NCBI RefSeq assembly: GCF_036321535.1
Contig: NC_087437.1
Coordinates: forward strand, 10,480,001 to 10,544,000
DNA from: Camelus dromedarius
Taxonomy: Eukaryota
DNA: 64,000 nucleotides
Direction: 5' to 3'
The position numbers and the translations under genes are program-made. The notes under the pieces are model-generated. The model did no database searches. It was not told where the DNA came from and saw nothing but the letters and a program-made list of their open reading frames with translations. Below, one piece after another: positions 24,149 through 37,110 of the stretch (within the stretch, counting starts at the first letter, position 1; the number at the start of each line of letters is the position of its first letter).

Positions 24149-25914
24149 TTGAATTGCTCTTTAAAGTAATTTTAAAGAACGTTGTACAATGATATCTATT
24201 ACAGGTGTTTATGGAGTCATACTCCCAGTAATAACAATTATCGCTGTGTTAAAATTCTCTGCCTCCTTGTAAAATTTTTAACTCATTCATCAAGTGACTT
24301 CTATCAGCGTCTAAGGCTCATGTGAAGGAGAGTGATTTCAGGCTAACAGCTCATTCCCAAATAGTTTTTGGTTCAAAATTTAAAAATTGAGAGAGAGACC
24401 CTCATAATAGGAGAAACACTGTGAGGACCTGGATGTTAGGAAATTCTCTCTTTTATTGGCAACAATTTGAGGGTCCAACCCTTGCTTTATAATGATAAAC
24501 AAAATGATAGGACGCCAACATTAATCACACGTTAAGTGTTGATACCCACCTGCAGGTAGGAACAGGGGATGTCAGGCAGGCACACAGCTTTATTAGACCT
24601 GCTGTAAATAAGCTTTCTTTCTCCATCTTTTTTTCTTATGGTCTCCTATAACTTTATTGATCCTGTCTACAAGTACAGTACTAAACACATTTCTATACAA
24701 AGGCTAAGGAAAAGGGTTTCTCTTTCACCATATGATCATTTTGAAGAAATGACTTAGGTATGATGCCTCTAATGTCACACTGAAAATAAAATGCTCTGTT
24801 GATTATTTTGCTTAATCCTTATTATAATTTACTTGAAAAAAATATAATTTCTGCATAATAAGCATGACATTTTCTCAGTGTCTAGATAAGAGATCTATAT
24901 ACTTTTTTAAACATGATTTATCATAAAAAAATCAGAGACCACTTTAAAGTAAAGGCAATTTATAAAACATCCTGCAGACTGTTTTATGAGGCCATCAGGT
25001 TAGAAATTACTAATGAACTAACTTTTTGTTCCATTTGCCAAATAGGTAAAGTGGAAAGTGTAAATATATTTATATTTGGCCAGGTAAATACAGTTTAATT
25101 GTATTCAGGGATTTTAGAAGAAAATTGCCATCTGAATTGGAAAGTATATAGGATTACCTGTAATTTGTGGATAATTAATTTTTTGCTTAATTTGCTAACA
25201 TTCTATTGTTGGAATATTTGTTTTGTTTTGAAATAGTTTATGATTAAGTGTATAAATTACTACGAGGCACATAAGCCTCTAATCATTAAAAAACTGCAGT
25301 GGGCTCAGACCATTTGGCCCTGCTATAACTCAGATGTCTTATCTGTGGGAAGGAGAGACACGACGTCTTATCGCCTGCGTTTTATCTGATTTTGATTGGG
25401 AATTCAAGCTATGTTTCTTATTCTGTTGAAGACATACTGAAACCAGACAAAGGATCTCAAGGTAAAGAACAGGAAACGGGTATTGATTTCCCTTATCCAC
25501 CCAGTCTCTTCATATCTTTTTGTATTGTACTATGATGGATTAGGTGGACAGGCCAGCAAATGTTTCACATTTGCTACCGATTGGATGGGCTTTGGGAAAA
25601 AGGATTTGAGGCATATGCTGGTAGAAAGAAGATCCTTAAAACCAGGTCTGGGTCAGTGTGATAAGTCGCAAAGCGTATGTTCCCTACATCAGAAGGCCCC
25701 CAACCTCCTAATCTCTCTCTTACACTCCACACACACCCCCCACTACTGAAACAGATACTGATGCTTTTCTGAATCTAAGATTTCTTTTGGTCATTTCTGT
25801 CTTTCCTTTCTCTGGAGTCAGTATGGTCATCAAGATTATGCTTTCTCATTCTCACCCCTAATCTGCTAGGTCTGCTAAGTGCAATCTATGGAGAAAATGT
25901 ATCCAAACCACATG

Positions 25915-26030
25915 GGATAAAATGCTGATCTGATCCTCAACTAATAGAAACAGAGTCTTGGGAGGGGCCCAGGAATCTGCATTTCATCACAGGTGTCTCG
26001 TGCACCCTTGCGTTTGAAAGCCATGGCTAT
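25915..26030. mobile_element. MER5-like relic
   Basis: 'gaggggcccaggaatctgcatttc...gtttgaaagccatgg'. Confidence 0.55.
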
Positions 26031-26699
26031 AGTTTGTTATAGAAGGTATAAATGCTAAATTAAATACACTGAGGGACAGCCCTTCCAAGAGCTCTTTGAC
26101 ATACTCGTAAAAAACATACAAGATTCAGCAGCAGTGGCACACCGGCTTTCCAGAGCTCTGAATCACCCCAGCCCCCTCCTCCCCACTCCTTTAAGGGCTT
26201 GGCCATTCTTCTTTCTCAGCAGTAAATTATTTACAACATAATTAAGCGGTCATTGTCTGAATGTTTCCGGGCCCCTCACCCTATCCCACTCCACCTTTCT
26301 ATTTTTTTTTCCTGACATTCTCTTTCTCACTGCGTTTAAGTTCAACGCATTGAAAAACTAAAGACAAAATAATTATTGTAGAAATGTAACAATAGAATGA
26401 ATGGCTCTCCACCAGTCATCATCAGGGGCCATTGTACAGCAAGCGTCTGGTTTAGCCTCCCTCCCTTCCCACCTCCCGTGTCACACTGGCTCCTCTTCCT
26501 CCAGCCACCCCGTGACCCAAATGATGTCAACAAAGTAGCAGGACACCCAAACTTCCTTCCGGAACACTGCATCTCAGGAATCATACCTCGAGTTTTTCTC
26601 TTCTTCTCATAAAACCTTTTCTGATCTGCCTTCCAGGGGAGCTGAACGAATGATGAGTGAATCAAGGACATTTTCTGTTTCAGTATTTTTCATCAGGCA

Positions 26700-27540
26700 T
26701 ATAGTTTTTCTTTCTAAATCAACTTTTCTGAAGTATAATTTCATAGAATAAAAGTCATCCTCCTTAAGTATACAGTGAAAAGGGTTTTGACAATGTATGC
26801 CTGTGCAAATATCTCCAAGGTCGAGATACATAATAACCATTACTCATCACCCCCGAAAGCTTCCTCCTGCCCTTTTGTAGTTAACTTTCCCCACACCTGA
26901 TCTCTCAGCCCCAGGCAAACACCTATCTTCTTTTGGTCACTTTAGATTAATTTCACCTGCTCTAGAGTTCCTATAAATGGAATCATACCATGGAGACTTT
27001 TTGGGTCTGGCTTTTTCTCCACAGGATGCTTCTGAGATTGACTCATGTTATTACATGTAAGGACATACCACAGTGGTTTATCCATTCTCCTACTGAGGGA
27101 CATTTGGGCTGTTTCCACTTTGGAACTATTCTGAACAAAGTTGTTATCATTACTGTGAACAATTCTTTCTTGGGCATATATTTTCATTTCTCTTGGGTAA
27201 ATACCTTGGAGTGGAATTACTGTGTCGTTTAGTAAATTTGTATTTAACTTTATAAGAAACTGCCAAACAGTTGCCCAAAGTGGTTGTATATCATTGACAT
27301 TCCCACCAGCAATGGATGAGAGTTCTGGTTGTTCCACATCCTTGTTAACACTTAGGATTGTCAACCGTTTTAGTTGCAGCCATTTGGATGGGTGTGTAGT
27401 GGTATCTCACTGTGGTTTTATTTTGCATTTCTGTGATGACTTATGATGAGCATGTGCTTTTGTCACGTGCTTTATATTCCCATTCATACAGTTTCCTTTT
27501 TGAAGTATCTTTTGCCCATTTGGAATAGGTTGTCTTATTA
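26700..27540 (-). mobile_element. Ancient L1M (L1MB/ME-like) ORF2 end and 3'UTR
   Basis: Minus-strand ORF 26942-27364 contains DVEQPELSSIAGGNV...QPLWATVWQFLIKLN...IPLQGIYPREMK. Confidence 0.85.
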
Positions 27541-27734
27541 CACTCTCACACAGATGCACAGTATTTCCAATACTGAACTCAAGGGATCAATTCTGACGGT
27601 AGGTATCAGACTTAGAGGTAAAAGGTGGAGTCTTCTGTACATGGGGGATGGAAGTTTACCCCATATAAGCTACAAAGTACTGGAACCTAGTATTAAACTA
27701 ATCCCTGCTTTGTTTTGGCATAACACAGCGATTA

Positions 27735-27950
27735 GACAGATAGACTGGAAACTCACAGCCTGGGTTCATTCATACACAGGCTCTAAATGCATGACACTGG
27801 ACAAGATGCTCAACTGAACTGTGGCTGAGTTTCCTCTGCTGTAAAAAGAGGCCATGCTTAGCTCATAGTGAGCTAAGTGAGACCATTAAAACAGTTGGAA
27901 TAGTCCAAATACAGAGTGAGACTTTAGTAAATGTTGGCTGTTATCAGGAT
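27735..27950 (+). mobile_element. MIR SINE
   Basis: 'cctgggttcatt...gacactggacaagatgctcaac...gtttcctctgctgtaaaa'. Confidence 0.6.
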
Positions 27951-28494
27951 GAAGAATCTGAGTTTCATTCATTAAAGTGCTCACCCAACCACATTCTTTC
28001 CAGAATCCTTATCTTTACAGCATCATTTCTGTCCGCCAGTCCTCAACTCTATTTCTACAACTGTTTTCTAGGTAAGCAGTCTCTGGAGACTTACTTTCCT
28101 TTTGCCCTCAGGGGATTTGCAAAAGCACTGGTAGAGAAGGAGGTACTGTGAGGGTAAGTGTTACCCAACAGAGTTTAAATTTTATATCAGTTTATACCCA
28201 TTTGTTCTTGGAAGTCTAATTCTTTTTAGAATATTTCAACAAAGACCTGAGCTAACTTAACACTTGAGAGAGGAAAGAGAAACTAGACTCATCCCAGCAG
28301 AAGGCTGGCAGTAACATTTGACAGTTAGATTATTTTATTTCAGGGCAGACAATTAGTGGCCTCCAAGACAAACAGAGGAAGTGAAACTTTAACAGCTTTT
28401 GGCTTTGAACTTCAGGAAGCCCTAAACATTCCTGAAGGCACATATTAAATGAAAAAAAAAAAAAAAAGAAAGAATTAGGATGTGTTAGACTAGT

Positions 28495-29345
28495 AGAATA
28501 AAAGACAAAAACCACATGATCATCACAATAGATACAGAAAAGGCATTTGAAAAAAATCCAACATTCATTCATAATAAAAACTCTGAAACTAAGAATAGAA
28601 CTTCCTCAATCTGATAAAGGGCAGCTATAAAAAACCCACAGCTAACATCACACTTAGTGCTAGAATTGCTGAATGCTTTCCTTCTTAGATCATACACAAG
28701 GCAGGGATGTCTGCTTTTGCCAATTTACTTTGACCTTGCACTAAAGTTTCTGTAACTAGTGCAATAAAATTTTTTCTTTTTAAATTAGGGCCATCCAAAT
28801 CAGAAAAAAGAAGTAAACTGATCTTTATTCACAGATGGCCTGATCCTCTATGAAAATCCAAAGAATACGCCCCAGTTTTACCAGAACTAACAAGATTACG
28901 AGAGCAATAAACAAAAATTAGTAGTATCTCTATATGTCAGCAACAAACAATCAGAAGTTGGAATTAAGAAAACAATCCCTTTGATGAATATATGTATGTT
29001 CATGTCTGACTGAAGCATTGTGCTGTACACTAAAAATTGACACAACATTGCAAACAGACTATACCTCAATAAAAAAATTTTTTAATAAAAGAAAAAAAGA
29101 AAACAATTTCTTCATAAGAACAGCAAAGAGAGTAAAAATATTCAGGAATAAATTTAACGGAAGAAAGGCAAGACTTGTGCCCTAAAAACCATAACACATC
29201 ACTGAAAAATATTAAAGAAGGACTAAATAAATGGACAGACATTTCATGTTGATGGATTAGAAGGCTAAACACTGTACTGTTAAGATAGCTATTCTTTTCA
29301 TATTGATCTCTAAATTCAGAGTAATCCCTATCAAAATCCCACTAG
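28495..29345 (+). mobile_element. Ancient L1 ORF2 (RT region) fragment
   Basis: 'aaccacatgatcatcacaatagatacagaaaaggcatttg' (HMIIxIDxEKAF), 'acaaggcagggatgtctgc' (TRQGC), 'ttattcacagatg' (LFxD). Confidence 0.85.
28983..29096 (+). mobile_element. Short young L1 3' end nested in the older L1
   Basis: Matches the 3' end of the 1-2006 and 30471-31157 family; 'aagaaaacaat' repeated at 28966-28976 and 29097-29107 (TSD core). Confidence 0.8.
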
Positions 29346-29785
29346 AGAGGCTGGAAAAGTGAGTATCCCTGTTAGCTTATTCAAGGGTACAAGGAGGATG
29401 GATGGATGACGGCCACAGTCTGTTCTCTTCTCCTTCCAGGTACTGGCTCTTACACTGTGAGGGGCTTCATGGGTGTATGGGTGTGTGTGTGTGTGTCCTT
29501 GCCCATGGGTATAACTTCCAACCTATTCCCCCAATCCCATCAGAAATTGCCCATGATGGTCATCCCTTCAACCTAGAGTGTGCACACTAGAAACAAAACT
29601 CCCTTTTAGGAGCACAGACCCAGGGCAGAGGATCAAGCAACTGCTTGGAAAAAGCTCTTTCTGAGCCACTTGGGCAGAGAATTCCACAGATCTGTTCACT
29701 AGAGGCATGGTCTGGGAGCAGAGATGTGAGATCCAGTTGGGCACATGCCCTCAGCCACACTGAGCACTCTGAAGGGAGCTGGTAA

Positions 29786-29935
29786 AGCAATGCTTCTCAA
29801 ACTTTAATATCAAACAGATCACCAGGGATCTTGTTCAAATGTAGGTTTGGTAGGTCTGAGGTAAGGCATGATGGTCTGTCTTTCCCATGAGCCTCCATGT
29901 GATGCTCTGTTGCTGGCCTGTGGACCACACTTGGA
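29786..29935. mobile_element. MER5A-like element
   Basis: 'gcaatgcttctcaaacttt...atcaccagggatcttgttcaaatg...gtggaccacactt'. Confidence 0.7.
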
Positions 29936-30264
29936 TCCCAGGCCCAATCAGAGGCCCCACTGAACTGGCTCTAAGGGCAGAACTCATTGTGGAATAGGAG
30001 TGCCAACTCTAGGAGTGAAAGGTTGTTTGGAACTATCAAGCCTTCATCACCTCCGACTGGGTGATGACTAACAGTGACCCAACGAACGGTGTTCACAGAG
30101 CTTGTTCATGAGTTCATGGTCTACTGGGCTAGTGAGATGTGCATAAATAATTGCAAGACATTGCACAACGGGCAGATCAGCGACACAGCAGAGGTGAGTA
30201 GAGGAAGTGGGTTTCACAGAGAACAAAGAGGGAAGGGGATGCGAGGCAAAGGGAATGAGATATC

Positions 30265-31522
30265 TGTGACAGATTGTATTTTCCCAAGAGGGCCACAGCA
30301 ATATCTCTGGTCCCATAAAACCTTCTAGAAATTTCCACACCCCTAGCAAGAGGTTTAGTTCCCTTCTCTTTGAATGAGGGTAGATTTATGATGGGCTTCC
30401 ACCAATACAATGTGAAGAAATGACATGATGCGACTTACGAAGTTAGATTAAAAAAGAGTAGGTTGTTTTTCAGTATGGAGACTCCTCAAAAGACTAAGAA
30501 TAGACTTAACATATGACTCAGGAATCCCGCTCCTCAGCATATTATCCAGAAGGCACCCTGCTTCAAAATGACACCTGCACCCCAATGTTCATAGCAGCAC
30601 TATTTACAATACCCAAGACATGGAAACAGCCTAAATGTCCATCAACAGATGACTGGATAAAGAAGATGTGGTATATTTATACACTGGAATACTATTCAGC
30701 CATAAAAACTGACAACATAATGCCATCTGCAGCAACATGGATGTTCCTGGAGAATGTCATTCTAAGTGAAGTAAGCCAGAAAGAGAAAGAAAAATACCAA
30801 ATGAGATCGCTCATATGTGGAATCTAAAAACAAATAAACAAACAAACAAACAAAAAACAAAACATAAATACAAAACAGAAACGGACTCATAGACATAGAA
30901 TACAAACTTGTGGTTGCCAAGGGGGTGGAGGGTGGGAAGGGACAGACTTGGATTTCAAAATGTATAACAAGATTATACTGTACAGCACAGGGAAATATAT
31001 ACAATATCTATGGTAGCTCACAGAGAAAAAAATGTGACAATGAATATATGTATGTTCATGTATAATTGAAAAATTGTGCTCTACACTGGAATTTGACACA
31101 ACATTGTAAAATGACTATAACTGAATAAAAAATGTTTAAAAAATGAAAAATAAAAATAAAAAGAGTACGTTGTTTTTGTTTGGTTTTCTTGGGCTGCTTG
31201 CATTTGGAACCAAGCCACCATGCTGTGAGGAAGCCAAGAAGCCTGTGGGAAGTCTTGATGGGGAGGAACAGAGGTCCCCACCCAGGAGTCCTGTTGGGCA
31301 ACTAGTCAACAGCCAACACCACCTTGCCAGGCATGTGACTGAACCATCGAGACAGCGGGTTTCCAGCCTTCGGTCAAGCTGCTCCCGGTGACACTGGGTG
31401 GAGCAGAGATTAGCCATCCCACCAAGCCCTGGCTTACTTTCAGACCTGCGAGCAAAAGAAATGACTGTTGTTGTTTATCAGCTTTTGGAGTGATTTGTTC
31501 CGCAGCAATAGCATTCAGGAAT
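30265..31522. mobile_element. MaLR MLT1 solo LTR split by a young L1 insertion
   Basis: LTR-like sequence 30265-30470 continues at 31178 ('gccaccatgctgtgaggaagcc...gtgatttgttccgcagcaatag'). Confidence 0.7.
30471..31157 (+). mobile_element. 5'-truncated young L1 (ORF2 C-terminus, 3'UTR, A-tail) with 20-bp TSD
   Basis: TSD aaaaagagta(g/c)gttgttttt at 30451-30470 and 31158-31177; ORF 30513-30827 ends ...FIAALFTI...DWIKKMWYIYTLEYYSAIK...RSLICGI*. Confidence 0.92.
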
Positions 31523-32479
31523 AATATGTAAAGATAAAGAAGTGTGAAACCACTTGGTGTTTCAAAACATGGCACAAATAAGGGCGTGTTTACATATAAC
31601 TCAGTGGTTAGAAATAAAAACATAAAAATATGGGAAAGGTTGGGAACATTGAATCTGTGATGTGGAGAGGGAAAAGTTTCATCCACAAAGCATTAACAGT
31701 GTAAGTGTAATAAAGTTGCCCCGTGTGGTCAACCATGCTTGGATTAATTATTCATGGCTCTGCCAGAAAATGTTCTAGATGTAAATGTATTTATAGAACA
31801 AAGTTTCCTTGCCAGCAAAAGCAAATTCATAACGAAAAGAAAATAACAATATTCTGTGTACCCTCTGTAAATGAAGCTCAAGTTGACAATTTTCAAAAGA
31901 AATCAATTTATAGTTTTTCCTACCAAAACGGAAGTATGATAGAATTTCCAAAACAAATTAAATATTCGCCTGGATTCTTCCATGGGGGATATACCCCCCT
32001 ATATTTGGGATAAAAGTACACAACTCTGTCCTGCCATCAGTCCTTTTGGTTTTCCTCCTAAATACCTATTTCTAAGAGAATCAACCAAGTGTTTCTAAAA
32101 GAGGTAAAATTTAGGGCTATTCTTGAATGCTGACAACCTTATTTTCTATAGGCCTGAGGAATGGTGGGTGCATGCTAATTGGAGGGAGAAAGATTTAGAA
32201 TGTACTGGATTGATATGTCAAGATTGTCCCCTGGGCTGTGAGTTTCCTGGAAAAAAAATTCTTTCAATTCTTTGACCCTAAACTAGTGCTTAGTTAAAAG
32301 AGAAATATCCTCAGGCAGCATGGGGATTTATATTACATTTAGGAGTTTGGAATCAGAGAGTCTTGGAATGGAGATAACAGGTGATGAATGGCTTCCTTCT
32401 GCTCTCAACTAAGCCGACTCCTCCTGGAACATTGTATTCCATTCCTGACAATGCATTTTAACAGAAACATAGACAAATT

Positions 32480-32810
32480 AGGGTGCATTTGGAAGAGAGT
32501 GACTTAAGTAGTTGAGGAACACAAAGCCATGTCACATGAGGGACAAATGAAGAAAAGGGGGATATTTCCTTTAAATAATGAAAGCGCTTTCCTGCAGAAG
32601 AGCTGTTAGCATGACTCTGTAGCCCCAGGAGCATAACGAGAAAAGGACTGGGAAGCAATTTAAGGGTGAAGAAAGTCAAACTATGCAAAGATGGAATTGG
32701 CTATCAGGGAACGCAAGAGGTCCCACCACTGGAGGCATTCAAGCAAATTATTTTGAGAGAATTTCTACATAAGGTAGTGGTTGGATTGGACATCCTGAAA
32801 AATCCTTTCC
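32480..32810. mobile_element. CR1/L3-like ancient LINE relic
   Basis: 'ccatgtcacatgaggga' and 'gatggaattggct...caccactggaggcattcaagca' motifs, recognised from memory. Confidence 0.45.
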
Positions 32811-33769
32811 ACTACTACCAAGAGCGGTGAACTCCTTGAGAGTCCCCCATCCCATCACCTCTGGGCATTATTAGATGTGGTTCCACTTGTGCCCATAATA
32901 CAGAAGTCTCTACCTCTGGATCCCTTGAGTGGTGACATTTCCTGAAGCCTCCAAAGCCTATGAAATCCCAGAGGTAATTTGCTGTCCATCACTGATGGCC
33001 CCATACAGCACTGTACCATGCCTCCCGGGGTAAGAGTTGCACCCCCGTGCCAAGCCCGCTTCCTCTGTACTGATGACTCCCTCAACACTCAACATAGCAA
33101 CACCTGACTTCCTCCCTTTTCTGGTGTTACCCTGTGCAGTTGTTGTCAAGCCAGGATCCCACAATGTCAAACAGATCTTATGGGCAAATATCTGTCACTA
33201 TTTTCCTCCCCTTGGACTTAAGGTCAACAGGGGCTGAGTTGGAATAATCAGAGAGCAACAGATTTTATGTCTTGCTTCAAATTGCCTTTATCCAGAGTGA
33301 CGTGCTCACTGACCTCAAGCCATCTTCCGAGTCTCCAATCTCTTTTTCCTTCAGGGTCAGGGCTTCTTAGGGACACGCCTTGGCCCCTCATGTAAGTATC
33401 CCTGCCTCTTCCCAAGGGCTTGATCTACCACGCCTGCCACATGCCTGACGTTCTGAATCCCAGGTTCAGACAGATTAGACTCAAGCTGTGGCTTTTTCTT
33501 CTTCCCTTTCCCTTACATGAGTCTGTGACTGAGGAGTGAGAGCAGAGAATGAGGGAAATAAAGGTAACAGATGAAGACACGTGTCATGGAAGGGGAAGGG
33601 AAGGGGTAGATGGTGTGGCTGGCTGAATTTAAAAATTTTTTAATGAATTTGGTGAAGTTTTAAAAATTCAGTGTGATGTTTATACTACTAAATAGTAGGA
33701 CTAAAAGAAGTACTCATGTAATTTAGCAGTTTCTCTGTGATTGGTCATCTTCCATAAGGTCTCACTGAG

Positions 33770-34026
33770 ATAGGGTGGGGGAGGGATAAATTAGGAGTTT
33801 GGGTAACAGATATACATTACTATATGTAAAGCAGATAAACAACAAAGACCTACTACTGTATAGCACAGGGAACTATATTCAATTTCTTGTAGCAACATAT
33901 AATGGAAAAGAATCTGAAAAGAAAAAAAAAAGTATGTATATGTAAAATTGAATTGCTTTGCTGTGTACCTGAAACTAACCTTGTAAATCAACTACATTTC
34001 AATAAAAATTAAAATTAAAGAAAAAT
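33770..34026 (+). mobile_element. L1 3' end
   Basis: 'gggataaattaggagtttggg...ctgtatagcacagggaactatattcaat...ctgaaactaac...caataaaaa'. Confidence 0.85.
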
Positions 34027-34283
34027 TTTAAAACCTGAATGTAATGTGGAAAAAAAAAGATTTCACTGATGAAAATTTAGTCTATATATCAGAGAAAAAA
34101 AAAGTATCCAGCAGCTTGCTAATGGTATTTGCAAAACAATTTTTATTACTCATTCAATGCTAATTATAAATTTTGAGAGTCAACTTAAGAATAAATTGCA
34201 TATACACTTTCTAAAGATATTTACACACGTACCATGTGTATCAGTTCGTATCCTCTAACTCGTAGATTAAGAAGCAGTGTGCA

Positions 34284-34410
34284 GGGGAGGGTATAGCTCA
34301 GCGGTATGGTGGATGTTTAGCACTCACGAGCTCCCGGGTTCAGCCCCCAGTACCTCCATTAAAAATGAATAAATAAATAAATCTAATTATCTCCTCCCCT
34401 GAAAAAAAGA
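34284..34410 (+). mobile_element. tRNA-derived SINE (Vic-1 type)
   Basis: ggggagggtatagctcagcggta...gggttcagccccc...aataaatctaattatctcc plus A-tail. Confidence 0.85.
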
Positions 34411-34427
34411 AAGCAGCAGAGTGTTGT

Positions 34428-34715
34428 CATTACTATATATAGAACAGATTAAAAAAACAAGGACCTACTGTATAGCACAAGGAACTATATTCAATTTCCT
34501 ATAATAAGCTATAATGGAAAAAAATCTGAAAAAAAAGTATGTATATGTATATGTATAACTGAATCACTTTGCTGTACACCTGAAACTAACATTGTAAATC
34601 AACTACACTTCAATAAAACATGAAATTAAAAAATAGATTCCAAGAAAAAACAAACAAAAAGAGAAACTAACACAATATTGTAAATCAACAATACTTCAAT
34701 TTAAAAGAAGAAAAA
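34428..34715 (+). mobile_element. L1 3' end with a duplicated terminal segment
   Basis: 'gaaactaac...attgtaaatcaac...acttcaat' occurs at ~34582-34615 and again at ~34663-34700. Confidence 0.8.
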
Positions 34716-36069
34716 AAGAAGCAGTGTGCTGTGAGCATCCTTGGAAGGGCTATGCTGAGGATAGATGGAGAGGGTGGATGTCCGCCCTCACTGTGGACAA
34801 GCAGAGAGAAAACTGTTTAGTTCTTCCATCGAAACTTTCCCACAGGTGCATAACTCCTTATGTAGTTTGGGAACATGTCAGGGGGAAAAAAGCAGACTCT
34901 GAATTCTTACATATTCTTCAGCGCATCCTTCAGTGGGCCCATTTCTCATACCTTTAAAAGAGTGAGAAATGATAGGAATTAACTAGAAAGCTACTACCCT
35001 ACTCACTGTGACTAAACCACCAGAGAGCTCAGACATTTGTTTTGATTCTTTGAGGCCAGTCTCATGGAAGTTGAGCACAGCATGGGATGGGACACATCAG
35101 CTGTTAAGCAAATGCAAATGGAAGAATTAGGGGCCGGATATCAGCTGTGATTGAAAGCACAAGTTCATAACTTAGGTGGAGGTGGTGAGTAGTAGCACGA
35201 GTGCAGGAGGTCATCCAGGTGGGCAAGTCCAAGGTGGATGGACAGACAGAAGTGTAGCGCCAAGCTATGTCCACGCATGTGCAGTTCTGATGACAGAGAC
35301 GCAGGAGGAGCTTGTGACCATGGAGATGCGTGGCTTGGACCCCTCTTCAAGCAAGAACTCACCCATCTGATGCAGGGAGTGCAGTTAGCTGAGAGCTTCC
35401 GGCTGTAAGTGCCTTCAGAACCCACCTTACCTTTTGAACCGAGGACATGCTCCCTGGGCAATTTCAGCAAAGGACTAAGCGCGATGGAAGCACTAGGATC
35501 TGGGGTTTTCCCTGCCTCCTTCTGCTTTCTTTTCCCTTTTTCTTTCTTAGATAAATAAATAAATCTGTGGCGCCTTTAACTTCATCTTGTCTATGTCCTG
35601 GAAGGTGCAACTCATATGCCACCGTTCTAGAACACAACTTGAATGGGGCCAGGCCAGTAAGATAAATCTCCATTCACAAAAATTGTGCCCTCCTGTGAAT
35701 ATGTGAATATATGGAAAACCATTGAATTATACATTTTAAATGGGTGAATTACATACTCGGTGAATTATATCCTTTTTTCTTTTTCAGTTTTATCACATAG
35801 AACTGTTACAATTTGACTGCACATACACGTTATATTGCATGTAGATACATATATACAATTTACCGCACATATTTTTTTAATTTTACATATATGTACTGAT
35901 CATTGTTTCTAAGAATGGATTAGAGTTTTAGTTTTTTAAACTTACATAGTTATAAAAAGAATAAAGCCAACCACAAAATAAGAATCAACAGAATGTGGTA
36001 ATCCAATCATAAAGGACAGATGTGCTTGCACATATTCGAGAAATCGATCATCTAAGTTATAAATAGTAA

Positions 36070-36272
36070 GTAGTTCATTTGTGTCCTTATTTTTAAATCT
36101 TATTTCTTTTTTAGATTCCACATATAAGTCATATTCTATGGCATTTTTCTTTCTCTTTCTGGCTCACTTCACTTAGAATGACGATCTCCAGGCCCATTCA
36201 TGTTGCTGCAAATGGCATTATTTTATTCTTTTTTATGGCTGAGTAGTGTTCCATTGTACATATGTACCACAT
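36070..36272 (-). mobile_element. L1 ORF2-end fragment nested in an ancient L1 tail
   Basis: 'tttagattccacatataag...cttcacttagaatgac...gttgctgcaaatggcatt' is the reverse complement of the L1 ORF2 end. Confidence 0.85.
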
Positions 36273-36939
36273 GTAAATTACATCTTGATAAAGCTGTTAT
36301 TAAAACATTGTGCACTTACAAGCATAGAAGGGAGTGCAAAGATGACTGTAGAAGAGAAAAAGCAATAAGCTAAAGACAGCAAATAGTAGCTTTTTCATTT
36401 TGGCCACATATAAGGAGATTCAGTAATTTTTCTTAATGGAATCTCCAGAGAGGGCCAGAGGGTTCATAAAACTCAGGTAAATATTCATTAATACAGTTTC
36501 TGAATTTATAACAAATAGTAAAGAGCTTATATGTTCTCTGAAATTGTTGTTGAAGTGAAAGTCATAGCAGAATATTTATACCTACCTCCCCAAATTCCGT
36601 AATTTGAAGAAAGGCAGTTGAAAAGCAGGTATATTCACTAATGTGACTGTCTCTATGGGATGCCTACTCTTTATCCTAAAGTGTAGACACACAGATACTT
36701 AAGCATGGTCTCTGCCCTTGGAGAGCTCACAGCAAAGGAGGGGCTTTTAAATAGTAAAGGATGCAGAGAGGCAAGAGGCGGTGACTACCTGGGAGGCTAT
36801 TTGCAAGAAAAAGTAGCAAACTCAAGTAAGATAATAGCACCCAGGTTGCAGAGTGACATGACCTCCCACCTACCAAACCACTAGGAAGGCTCCCTCTCCT
36901 ATGACACCTGTTTTGTTTCAACCTCTCTTTAAATTGCTT

Positions 36940-37110
36940 ACGTATACTAGCTTGTTTAATCTTGTCCTTTATACTGTGTAAGTATTAGTCATTAAAATCA
37001 GCCCCATTGGTAGACAAGGAATCTGAGTCAGTAAGAAGTTAAGAAGCTTGCCCATGATCACAGTAAGGAAGTAGAACCAGGATCGTGAGTCCAGACAGCC
37101 CAGCTCCAAA
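36940..37110 (-). mobile_element. MIR SINE
   Basis: 'ccccattggtagacaaggaatctgag...gttaagaagcttgcccatgatcacag'. Confidence 0.7.

Noticed and set aside
27857..27877. 9-bp hairpin cttagctca/tgagctaag (similar 8-bp hairpin at 10861-10878)
   Set aside because: Too short to separate from chance in 64 kb, and located in decayed MIR sequence.
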